IMG/VR virus record: IMGVR_UViG_3300045988_171958
Coordinates: 224,001-288,000 of that record
Strand: one strand, 5' to 3'
Length of the DNA stretch: 64,000 nucleotides
DNA from: a virus
Under the pieces are notes generated by a model. It was not told the DNA's origin. It did not search any database and was given only the letters and a program-made list of their open reading frames with translations. The stretch's first letter is position 1. Every line of letters begins with the position of its first letter. This document shows, piece after piece, positions 24,946 to 33,342 of this stretch. The position numbers were made by a program, and so were the translations under genes.

Positions 24946-26730
24946 TTACATTTCTCCAGATCCGCCTTCAGCTGAATTGTCCGGTTGTACATCTCCCATC
25001 ATTTCTGAATCTCCTCCAGCATCTTCTGATCCATCATTTTCCATTCCTGCATCTTCTGAATCTGAATCCATTCCTGACATTTCTTCTTCACCATTCTCTT
25101 CTTCCTCAGATTCTGCATCACCCTTTTCTTGCTTCTCTAACCATTTGCATTTTTGGTTGTATTCAAAATCAGCATCAGACATCTTCAGATATCTTTCAAG
25201 TAAGAATCTCATAGAGAAATAGCTATCTTCATTTCCTTCAGCATCAGTTGTAGTGAATGTATCTTTAAGCATACCAATTGTTTCAAGACGTTTGTTGGTA
25301 ACTTCAAGATCCATCATTTCAGTAAATTGATTGTAAGAATTGTATCTGAATATGATAGCATCCAATACTCTCTTGTCATTCTTCATCTCTGGAATTGAGA
25401 GAGCAACTTGAATCTGAATAGGTTTGATGATTACCATAGAGAATACATTTCTAAGTCTGTCAACAAATCTACCAAAGTTTATTTCATCTCTAAGAGTTTG
25501 AGTTGGATCAGTTCCAAACCAAGCAGCAGCATTTTCTTTGTCAAATCTGCTTTCTGGTATCTTAGACATCTTATATAGCTTAGAAAGATAGTACTTAAGC
25601 TGTTCACTATCATTAAGGCTTGGACCTTGGTCAACAAGTGTCTCTATTTCCGGCTTACCATTTTCATTTTCAGGCATCCAATATTCTTTATTGAATGGAA
25701 GATTAGTTCTGCCATTTACTTTAAGTTCACCAGTTTCTGTATTGAAGTCTATATCTTCTTTATATCTAGCCATAGCAGAATTCAGAGTCTGCATACCTTT
25801 TGCTCTGTTCATACCAGCTACAGGTATAGTGAACATTGTCTTAAAGCTGGCTTGAGTTACAGTCCAGATAAGTTGTGCTTGCTCTATGATTCTGTATATG
25901 TTGAATGGTCGAATCAGACGTTCAAGATATGATTGTCTATCTATTACTCCACTATCTTCATACTTGATATATATTACTTGAGAATCAAGCATGATACGTT
26001 CCTGTCCAATCACATCTTTGAACTGTACCCAATATTGTATGCCATTGTCAATAACACGAGTAATAGTAGCTGGATCTATAGGAATGATACCAATGATTGT
26101 ATGAGGGTTTTCTATGTTGTCATATACAATTTCATAAGCTATTACTCCATCTATCAGCCATCTTTTGAATTGGTCCCAAGCTTTGTTTTTCCAATCAAGA
26201 AGCATATATATCTTATAGAAGGTTGTATCTACACAGTTCTTTATCTCTTCTATATGATTTTCATTCAATTGTTGCAGTACACTTGGTTCAATATAAGGTT
26301 CTCCAATATAGACATCATTATCATCATAAACTATACATTCGTTAGCCATGATATCCAATATATCTTCTATTTCTGGATTCATAGCCATCTTTCTCAGAAC
26401 ATCTCTTTTCTGTTCAAGAGTCTTTTCTCTAAATGGTTTGTCTTCTTCTGGCTTCTGCTTCCAGTTATCCATTATACCAGCATACAAGTTAGAAGTCATT
26501 ACTCCAATATCTTTAGGTTGCATCAACTTGTCTGCTGGTACCGCTTTCATGTTCTTTATAACATCAGAAGTCCAGTTCATACCATAATGACTGAGCTTAT
26601 ACAGAATTTTTGCAAGATGACCAGGTTCTCTTACCTGCATCTGGTTTTGCTGTATAGGCATCATATCATTAGCTTGTTCATATATAGTTTTATTTCCTTC
26701 TAATACGTTACTTAAGTTACCAAATATCAT
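24946..26730 (-). CDS. Portal protein (T4 gp20-like), acidic C-terminal tail
   Basis: 594 aa. The segment YWMPENENGKPEIETLVDQGPSLNDSEQLKYYLSKLYKMSKIPESRF matches my recollection of the conserved gp20-family core. Position in the head module next to TerL supports it. The C-terminus is E/D/G/S-rich. Confidence 0.7.
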   Translation of the reverse strand: MIFGNLSNVLEGNKTIYEQANDMMPIQQNQMQVREPGHLAKILYKLSHYGMNWTSDVIKNMKAVPADKLMQPKDIGVMTSNLYAGIMDNWKQKPEEDKPFREKTLEQKRDVLRKMAMNPEIEDILDIMANECIVYDDNDVYIGEPYIEPSVLQQLNENHIEEIKNCVDTTFYKIYMLLDWKNKAWDQFKRWLIDGVIAYEIVYDNIENPHTIIGIIPIDPATITRVIDNGIQYWVQFKDVIGQERIMLDSQVIYIKYEDSGVIDRQSYLERLIRPFNIYRIIEQAQLIWTVTQASFKTMFTIPVAGMNRAKGMQTLNSAMARYKEDIDFNTETGELKVNGRTNLPFNKEYWMPENENGKPEIETLVDQGPSLNDSEQLKYYLSKLYKMSKIPESRFDKENAAAWFGTDPTQTLRDEINFGRFVDRLRNVFSMVIIKPIQIQVALSIPEMKNDKRVLDAIIFRYNSYNQFTEMMDLEVTNKRLETIGMLKDTFTTTDAEGNEDSYFSMRFLLERYLKMSDADFEYNQKCKWLEKQEKGDAESEEEENGEEEMSGMDSDSEDAGMENDGSEDAGGDSEMMGDVQPDNSAEGGSGEM

Positions 26731-26749
26731 GTATCTTACATTACTATTG

Positions 26750-26761
26750 CTTATATAAAAA
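26750..26761 (-). promoter_or_regulatory. Late-promoter-like TTTTTATATAAG (minus strand) upstream of portal
   Basis: Reverse complement of cttatataaaaa, about 20 nt upstream of the portal ATG. The same TTTATATAA core occurs upstream of three other minus-strand units. Confidence 0.3.
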
Positions 26762-26791
26762 TATAGAGAATTGAAATTACAACCTATTGAT

Positions 26792-26806
26792 TTCTATATT
26801 ACTTTA
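26792..26806 (+). promoter_or_regulatory. Promoter-like motif TTCTATATTACTTTA
   Basis: Core TTCTATATT 32 nt upstream of ATG 26838. It lies inside the TTG-initiated N-terminal extension in the ORF track. Confidence 0.45.
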
Positions 26807-26837
26807 TATTACAAAACAAATAATATATCATAATAAA

Positions 26838-27734
26838 ATGAGTGGAAATTTATTTCAACAAGGAAAATATAAAGCAGAACCTATCAAATCAGAAGTAGCA
26901 CCATTATTACAACAATTAGTGATAAAAGAATTGTTAGATAATTATCCTGATATGGAATACTGTTGCATTGGATCCATAGGTAAGAAGAAAGATGGAGAAT
27001 ATAATGGAGATATAGATATTGCTATAAAAACAGAAAGTATAGAAGAACTAGAAAATATGATAACCAAAGTATTCTCTTATACAGAAAGTGTTACAAGCAA
27101 ATCTTATTTCATAGTATCTATGCTTTATCCTTATAAGGACCCATTAGATGATGACAAGCTAAAGTTTGCTGCAGTTGACTTTATGATGATGAAAGACAAA
27201 GAATACACTGAATTCAGATATTACTGTCCTGATTATAGAAAAGATGAGTCAAAGTATAAAGTTGGTGTAAAGATAATGTGGGCAAATACTATATTGAACC
27301 ATACAAAAGAGAGATTGAATGGAGTAGATTTGTCAAAGAACCAAATGGGTTCATTCAGATTTGTACCAACTGGATTATATCAAACGATATTCAATGTTGA
27401 TACATTTGAAGTAATATCAAACAAATTCATTACAACAAATGTTGATGAAATAGTAAATATGGTTTTTGATGATAGTGATAGAAGTCATTTCAACTCAGTA
27501 GAAACCTTATGGGAAGGTATTCATTCAGAACATTATAAATATCCAGAAGAAGTAAAAATTCTAGAAGCTAGATTGATGATAAATAGCTATAGAAAGGGAT
27601 GGAAAGAGATTATAGATTCAGGAGATTTCAAAATGAAATATTGGACTAAAGAAGATATTTATAAGATGATAGAACCTTATAAATTGGAAAGAAACATAAA
27701 CAAATATTTAGATGTAAAGAATGGAATCCTATAG
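26838..27734 (+). CDS. Pol-beta-superfamily nucleotidyltransferase-like protein (298 aa)
   Basis: IGSIGKKKDGEYNGDIDIAI = G-S-x12-D-x-D signature (nt 26970-27017), with a possible third acidic residue in FAAVDFMMM. Start moved from TTG 26787 to ATG 26838. Confidence 0.5.
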   Translation: MSGNLFQQGKYKAEPIKSEVAPLLQQLVIKELLDNYPDMEYCCIGSIGKKKDGEYNGDIDIAIKTESIEELENMITKVFSYTESVTSKSYFIVSMLYPYKDPLDDDKLKFAAVDFMMMKDKEYTEFRYYCPDYRKDESKYKVGVKIMWANTILNHTKERLNGVDLSKNQMGSFRFVPTGLYQTIFNVDTFEVISNKFITTNVDEIVNMVFDDSDRSHFNSVETLWEGIHSEHYKYPEEVKILEARLMINSYRKGWKEIIDSGDFKMKYWTKEDIYKMIEPYKLERNINKYLDVKNGIL

Positions 27735-27749
27735 GATTCCATTCTTTTT
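27720..27749. terminator. Bidirectional hairpin terminator
   Basis: AATGGAATCC-TATA-GGATTCCATT then CTTTTT, between convergent genes. It overlaps the last codons of the NTase gene. Confidence 0.7.
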
Positions 27750-27753
27750 GTAT

Positions 27754-28482
27754 TTAATCATAAGAAGAGTCCTCTTTATCTTGCCAATCATCAGGTAAGT
27801 TTAAAATATCTGTCCAACCAAGCATTATATCAATAATACTACTACCAGGACCATCCCAATAAAGATCATCATCTGTGTATTCATCATTCATTACATTATC
27901 CATGAATTCATCACTATCATAGAATTTCTCACCACTTTTTCTAGCATATTTTACAGCATCTTTAATATTGTCAAATGATTTAACTATATAGCTAGCATCA
28001 AAGTCTTCATAGTCAAAATACGCAGAACCTAAAAGACCAAGCAAGTCTGATAGTGTACCAATATGCAAACATTGATGATATTCATCTTTGTAAATATAGA
28101 ATTTTGCCTTAGGAACTTTGACATCTTTCCATTTTACAAATTTAAATGCTCCATCATCACTGCCACTTGTAATTTGTTTTAATACTGGGAATTTGATTGT
28201 ACTTACTTTAGAAGCTGGTTCCGCTTTTGCAAGAGCTTTCATAGCTGGATTATTAGCTGTCATATCTTTGACAGTAGCAACTACTTTACCACAGTTCTTA
28301 GCATCAGGACCAGGTTTCCAACCTTTAAGCTCCTTTTCAAGAGCCTTACCAGCAGCAACAGCAAATCGGTTTGCTTGTGAATTTCTACCTTTCTCTCTGG
28401 CAGCCTTTGAAGCACGACCAAGCAATTCAGAACTAAGCTCCATAATCAATGCTTCATTCAAATACTGACTTAAATTTTTCAT
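27754..28482 (-). CDS. CTS-like-leader protein (242 aa), acidic C-terminus
   Basis: N-terminus MKNLSQYLNEALIMELSSE (L-N-E site at position 8-10). Confidence 0.5.
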   Translation of the reverse strand: MKNLSQYLNEALIMELSSELLGRASKAAREKGRNSQANRFAVAAGKALEKELKGWKPGPDAKNCGKVVATVKDMTANNPAMKALAKAEPASKVSTIKFPVLKQITSGSDDGAFKFVKWKDVKVPKAKFYIYKDEYHQCLHIGTLSDLLGLLGSAYFDYEDFDASYIVKSFDNIKDAVKYARKSGEKFYDSDEFMDNVMNDEYTDDDLYWDGPGSSIIDIMLGWTDILNLPDDWQDKEDSSYD

Positions 28483-28493
28483 TATGAATTTTT

Positions 28494-28505
28494 GTTTATA
28501 TAAAC
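28494..28505 (-). promoter_or_regulatory. Late-promoter-like palindrome GTTTATATAAAC
   Basis: 12-23 nt upstream of ATG 28482; contains the TTTATATAA core. Confidence 0.3.
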
Positions 28506-28526
28506 TTTATAAATAATAATAAGTTT

Positions 28527-28598
28527 TTTGAAATTTTTTATGTTTGTTCTAAATTTATTTGCAACAAGATTGAAATAAATCAAGATTGTTCTATATTA
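28527..28598 (+). repeat. 72-nt duplicated control region, copy A (contains promoter motif and CAAGATTG direct repeat)
   Basis: 68/72 identical to 63508-63579; the last 48 nt AAATTTATTTGCAACAAGATTGAAATAAATCAAGATTGTTCTATATTA are identical. CAAGATTG occurs at 28565-72 and 28581-88; TTCTATATT starts at 28589. Confidence 0.8.
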
Positions 28599-28637
28599 GA
28601 TTCGTTCAAAATAAGAAGTTTAATTTAAATATTGATA

Positions 28638-29024
28638 ATGATTATGAAGAAGTTTTTTGTTACTTTTATTTTCTGTGTAGTATCTGTTATATCATTTGCT
28701 AACACTCCTACATATTTTGTAAAGAACATTGATACAGAAAATATGCCTATCATGGATCTTGAATCACAAGAAAATACAGAATACTGGGTATCAATGTTCA
28801 AATTTGTTCAAGCTGCACAGAAATCAAATGCAACTAAAATGGTAATCAAATATGATGGAAAATGGAAGTATGTAATTCCATCTTCTGAAGCCCTTATTCA
28901 GTTGGATATCATTATTTCTCATTTATGTTCTGGTAGTTCCGTTAAGAATGGTACATTTGAAAAAGGAATGAAAGAAGCTTTTGAAATAGCAAAGAAGGAT
29001 AAATTGATTATTTCTGTACGTTAA
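28638..29024 (+). CDS. Small secreted protein (signal peptide; about 128 aa)
   Basis: M-I-M-KKFFVTFIFCVVSVISFA|NTP is a typical signal sequence. The track start is TTG 28632, with ATGs at 28638 and 28644. Confidence 0.65.
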   Translation: MIMKKFFVTFIFCVVSVISFANTPTYFVKNIDTENMPIMDLESQENTEYWVSMFKFVQAAQKSNATKMVIKYDGKWKYVIPSSEALIQLDIIISHLCSGSSVKNGTFEKGMKEAFEIAKKDKLIISVR

Positions 29025-29064
29025 CTTAATGCATTCACTAGGTTCTATAGGGTTCTCCTGTTAA

Positions 29065-29143
29065 GTGCCTGGGTCACACAGGGAGCGGATAATTATGATT
29101 CAGTATATTCTATCAGCTAAGATAATTTTAACGTCCCTGTGTG
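29065..29143 (+). repeat. GC-rich long-hairpin element, copy B
   Basis: CACACAGGGA (29075-84) pairs with TCCCTGTGTG (29134-43). It contains CAGGGAGCGGATAATT and TATCAG and is followed by AATGTTTTTG. It aligns gap-free with copy A over about 64 nt. Confidence 0.7.
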
Positions 29144-29199
29144 AATGTTTTTGTTCAACATCTATTGAACTATTTTTAAATAACCAAAGAAATACGAAC

Positions 29200-30468
29200 A
29201 TGAATTATTCATTTTTAAATAATTTTCAACCATTTGTTGTAAAGTTCATAGATGATATTTGCATACCTAAATCTTGTAGAGGAAAATATCTTCTATGTAT
29301 AAATGCAATGGGTATCAAATGGTTTGAAGAAAATTACATAACACTAGAATACGGTGATGGTTTTATTGAAGGTGAGGTTCTAGGTCCTAAGTATCTGATG
29401 CTTGAGGATAGTGGAGCTAACAAGTTTGACATGCCTAGAATTTATGTACCAATTACAAAGGAGTTGATTGATAATGATACTTCAGAATTAGGAAAATTCT
29501 TAATTAAAGCACTTACAGACAATAGTGTATATGGTACTGGTATAGAAGGTTTTAGACCTAGTAAAAACTATTACTTGAATGAAACATTATACAAATGGTG
29601 TACTAGAACAAAAGACCATACTGGTAATGATATTCAATCATTAGCAGAAGAAGATGATGACATATATTTACCCGACTATCTCTATTATGATAGAGAAAAT
29701 GACAAACCTAAAATAACATCATATTTTGAAGAATTGTCTGATAATGAGAAGAAAAGCATTGACTTGAATTTCTTCTTCAATAAGAATGAAATATCAGATT
29801 TGAAGTTTACTGAAGATGATTTCTATTTCTTTCCACAAACTTTCTTCAAAATCATATTAAAGTATACAACTATAACAGAAGAAAACAGACAGGCAGTACC
29901 AAATAATGTTTATGATGTTGTACAGAAGTATTTTGTTAATCATAAAAATGATGAAGCAACAAAACTGTTACAGACTATCATGAATACCAGTACAGATGGT
30001 ACTGATTTGCCTTCTACTATTTCTACTTGCAATTCTTGTACTAACCAATATAATCTATTAAGTGGAAGTTCAAATATAGGTGAAAAGAGTTGTCTAGAAA
30101 AGTATAGAGATGCTATGGATTCATGGTTGAAGATCATGTTGGGTGATTTAGTATATTACAATTCTTGGATGACAGTAAATGAGAACAATACTAAATATCC
30201 TAATTATGATTTGATAGATTTGTTGATAGAATTTCTGAATGAATATATCAAGTACAACAACTTCCCATCCAAAGAACAGAATAGCATAACTAATTTCAAT
30301 TGCCCATCATTAGATAGTTCTTATGATGATAGTGATTGTATTAAAAGTACAATCATGAACTATATTAAAGTTCTAGAATGGGTAAAGAAATGTGAAACTG
30401 TAAAGAACAGAAATAAAATAAAGGTATATGGTAGAGATTTTGCTAATTACCTTTTAACATATTTTTAA
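29200..30468 (+). CDS. Hypothetical protein (422 aa)
   Basis: The track ORF starts at GTG 29065 inside the hairpin element; the first ATG is 29200 (MNYSFLNNFQPF). Confidence 0.75.
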   Translation: MNYSFLNNFQPFVVKFIDDICIPKSCRGKYLLCINAMGIKWFEENYITLEYGDGFIEGEVLGPKYLMLEDSGANKFDMPRIYVPITKELIDNDTSELGKFLIKALTDNSVYGTGIEGFRPSKNYYLNETLYKWCTRTKDHTGNDIQSLAEEDDDIYLPDYLYYDRENDKPKITSYFEELSDNEKKSIDLNFFFNKNEISDLKFTEDDFYFFPQTFFKIILKYTTITEENRQAVPNNVYDVVQKYFVNHKNDEATKLLQTIMNTSTDGTDLPSTISTCNSCTNQYNLLSGSSNIGEKSCLEKYRDAMDSWLKIMLGDLVYYNSWMTVNENNTKYPNYDLIDLLIEFLNEYIKYNNFPSKEQNSITNFNCPSLDSSYDDSDCIKSTIMNYIKVLEWVKKCETVKNRNKIKVYGRDFANYLLTYF

Positions 30469-30490
30469 ATTAACGTTAATTAAAACATAT

Positions 30491-30880
30491 ATGAAAAGTT
30501 TAGTAGAAACATTGAATGAATCACTAAATATCAATGAAAGTAAAGAAAAGATGCTTAGATTCGAATTTGGTGACCTAGATCATGCAGATGAGACTATCAA
30601 ATCTATTGAAGATCTTGCTAATAAGAATTCTGTGTATTCAGAAAAAATTGATGGTGGTATCAAGATTAAAGCTAATGATTCCAATAAGGATAAGTTAGAT
30701 TCTATCCAAGATGTACTTCAACAATATGTACAGAAAATGCAGGATGATGATAAAGCAAATCAAGATGATGTAAAGTCATTAGCAAATCAATTGAATAAGT
30801 TGAGTGACTTTATTGAATCAGAAGATGACGATGATAAAGAAGATAAAGAAAATAAAGAAGATAATGAAGAAGGAGAATAA
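30491..30880 (+). CDS. CTS-like-leader protein, highly acidic (129 aa)
   Basis: N-terminus MKSLVETLNESLNINES; C-terminus SEDDDDKEDKENKEDNEEGE. Confidence 0.55.
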   Translation: MKSLVETLNESLNINESKEKMLRFEFGDLDHADETIKSIEDLANKNSVYSEKIDGGIKIKANDSNKDKLDSIQDVLQQYVQKMQDDDKANQDDVKSLANQLNKLSDFIESEDDDDKEDKENKEDNEEGE

Positions 30881-30900
30881 GAATTAAAATATTCAAAATG

Positions 30901-30934
30901 AAAAATGGGAAGAACTTAAGTTCTTCCCATTTTT
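30901..30934. terminator. Bidirectional terminator, 15-bp stem with CTTAAG apex
   Basis: AAAAATGGGAAGAAC-TTAA-GTTCTTCCCATTTTT between convergent genes. Confidence 0.8.
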
Positions 30935-30936
30935 AT

Positions 30937-32055
30937 TTATTTTTTACTTTCATCACTTTCGATAATGAATGTTGTTTTATCATCTTTATCAGATTTTGCT
31001 ATATTTTCATATTTAGTCATATTACCACTCCAAAGATAAGATATATCTTTAGATGTTGAACCAGTTCGGTTCAATACATAAGGTAAATTATTCAACTTAC
31101 TTACTGTTTTCAGTAAATAAGAAAGCTTTTTTAATATTGAAGCAGAATCTTCAAGTTTTTCTCCTTCATTCCAAACATAAGAAGTATTAGGAAATTCTGT
31201 TGATTTCCAATTTTTCAATTTATCTACTTCATCTAACAAATATTCAAATGATACAGGAATATATTCATAATTGTATTCATCATCATGTGTTATGCTAGGA
31301 TCCAAATATTTATTTACATTGCCAATCTGAGCTTTGTATGACAAAACACCTTTAGGACTAACTTTGTCCATTTTTCCAACAAAATATAATGGTCTTGGAT
31401 TTGGACCACTTACTTTTTTACTAGCTCTAATAAAATATGTTGTTTTATCATAATCAATAACTATTGGTGTATATGTATAACCAATTGTTTCTACATATTT
31501 ACCAAGGTCACTAAATTGTGTACTGAAATTTTTAGATAGTGTAAGTGATCTTGAATGACAATAATCTCGATATCTTGATGGAATATCTGAACTGATATCA
31601 AAATAATTCTTATCAATATCATTAAATGGTGGAGTCAATGCAACTGGTATACCATAAGCATCTGTAGCTACTAAGTCAAATTCACCAGTATCTTTATATG
31701 CATTAGATGAAGTATATACATAAGTGTAAGCGTTATTGTACAATTGTGTATCCCCATAACTATACTGTCCATTATTATCTCTATCTATATAAGCAACATT
31801 AGCAATGTAATTGTAAGTTGTATATTCATCAGGTATTTGAGGGGCACATATCATGAATGAGTTTGCAATCTTAGTACCCATTCCATTATTTGTAGCAGTT
31901 GTAGTACCATTTCCACCTGTATCTGAACTTCCAGTACGATATATCTTATCTAATGATGATAGCAACTTAAACGGAGCATTTGTCACTATTACATTAAAGT
32001 CCTTACCTGTTTGGGCTAAATTTCCTATATGTGAAGATACTAAATTATTATCCAT
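30937..32055 (-). CDS. Hypothetical virion-module protein (372 aa)
   Basis: ATG ORF co-oriented with and tightly packed against the tail/baseplate genes. No assignable motif. Confidence 0.7.
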   Translation of the reverse strand: MDNNLVSSHIGNLAQTGKDFNVIVTNAPFKLLSSLDKIYRTGSSDTGGNGTTTATNNGMGTKIANSFMICAPQIPDEYTTYNYIANVAYIDRDNNGQYSYGDTQLYNNAYTYVYTSSNAYKDTGEFDLVATDAYGIPVALTPPFNDIDKNYFDISSDIPSRYRDYCHSRSLTLSKNFSTQFSDLGKYVETIGYTYTPIVIDYDKTTYFIRASKKVSGPNPRPLYFVGKMDKVSPKGVLSYKAQIGNVNKYLDPSITHDDEYNYEYIPVSFEYLLDEVDKLKNWKSTEFPNTSYVWNEGEKLEDSASILKKLSYLLKTVSKLNNLPYVLNRTGSTSKDISYLWSGNMTKYENIAKSDKDDKTTFIIESDESKK

Positions 32056-32061
32056 TTTGAT

Positions 32062-32841
32062 TTATTCTTTTGTGATTGATTCTCTATCAGAAGATTTGTT
32101 ACCTAATGATTTTGGATGTAAACAAACATCTTGTTTGAATTTACCAATTATACTATCATTCCTAGATTCAGTTCTTTCATCAATTTGAGGATATGATGTT
32201 GATAATTTAAGGGAAAACTCTATTGATTTCTGATTAGTATCAGAACTAGTCATATCTATCTTATTGATTTGTATAGATTGTTCTGTTGGCCAATCTAAAG
32301 AACATTTTATTGTTTGTCCTAAATAAGTTATTCTGAAGTATTTGTTGAATACTAACTTATCAATTATTTCTTGCAACAATACTACAGATTCATTGAAATT
32401 AGATAGAACATATCTTAGCTTTAATGTTACTTCTAATGGTAATCGACGCATTTCTGCATTCATACCAACTATTTCATTTCCAACTATTCTTTCATAAACA
32501 CCTCTAACATAAGGTTGTGTAAGCTCTTCTAATGGTATGCTTACATTATCCATTTCAACAATACATCTTGGCATTTTCATATAAATCTGGTCTTCTCCAG
32601 ATACTTCATTCAAACTATATTTATATCCATTGCTTTCTATATACATATAAGAAGATCCTGTGTTGAATATGAAATGATTGATAGGTTTATCATATAACAC
32701 TATATTTCTAGTAAGCCAAGATAAGGCACCCTTTATCAATATTGAGAAGAATCGTTCATCTCTATCAAAGAGATTGTCAAATTTCTCAACATTCCAAGGA
32801 TGTTTCCATTTTTCTGTGGTTTTGTTAACTAGATTCTGCAT
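32062..32841 (-). CDS. Hypothetical virion-module protein (259 aa)
   Basis: ATG ORF 6 nt upstream of the next gene. No assignable motif. Confidence 0.7.
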   Translation of the reverse strand: MQNLVNKTTEKWKHPWNVEKFDNLFDRDERFFSILIKGALSWLTRNIVLYDKPINHFIFNTGSSYMYIESNGYKYSLNEVSGEDQIYMKMPRCIVEMDNVSIPLEELTQPYVRGVYERIVGNEIVGMNAEMRRLPLEVTLKLRYVLSNFNESVVLLQEIIDKLVFNKYFRITYLGQTIKCSLDWPTEQSIQINKIDMTSSDTNQKSIEFSLKLSTSYPQIDERTESRNDSIIGKFKQDVCLHPKSLGNKSSDRESITKE

Positions 32842-32881
32842 ATTTAAAAATAGAAATGTTTATGAACTTATTTCACACATA

Positions 32882-32900
32882 TTCTATATTTACTATAAAT
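32882..32900 (+). promoter_or_regulatory. Promoter-like motif TTCTATATTTACTATAAAT
   Basis: 29 nt upstream of ATG 32929. Confidence 0.45.
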
Positions 32901-32928
32901 GATAGAATAAACATATACAATAACTATA

Positions 32929-33342
32929 ATGTTTACAAAAGAAGAAATAAAGAATGCCGCACAAAATATAGTAAATCTTTCTAATGAAGATCCAGAAGAA
33001 ATCTATGTTACCAAGTGGAATATTGAAAACAAGTTAAAAGAAAAAGATCCATCATATACAAAGAAGACATTAGCAAAGTTTATTAGTGACTTGCATTTTG
33101 GAAAATTTATCTTTGTACATAATGGATCTAGCTTACCATTTTCTATATATGAAGGTTATATGTTTGTTGCAACAGAATCAAATGATTTTACATATTTTAT
33201 AAATTCACTATCAAAATTAGATTATGATCTGAATAATTTACAAAAATATGACTATATGAAATTACTTGATTCAACACCTTATGATAGTGACTATTTCTTG
33301 ATAGATGGTGTATTGATGATTTCAGACAGATTAAAATTGTAA
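32929..33342 (+). CDS. Hypothetical protein (137 aa), single-gene plus-strand island
   Basis: Opposite orientation to the flanking structural genes; has its own promoter motif. Its 3' end overlaps the convergent 33331-34794 gene by 12 nt. Confidence 0.65.
   Translation: MFTKEEIKNAAQNIVNLSNEDPEEIYVTKWNIENKLKEKDPSYTKKTLAKFISDLHFGKFIFVHNGSSLPFSIYEGYMFVATESNDFTYFINSLSKLDYDLNNLQKYDYMKLLDSTPYDSDYFLIDGVLMISDRLKL

Noticed and set aside
25933-26703. 256-aa plus-strand ORF, plus other plus-strand ORFs at 24921-25214, 24977-25222, 25627-25932 and 26348-26587, all inside the portal gene
   Set aside because: They are antisense to a long, well-supported gene. Their I/F/Y/S-rich low-complexity translations are typical of the opposite strand of AT-rich coding DNA. 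No promoter motif is present.
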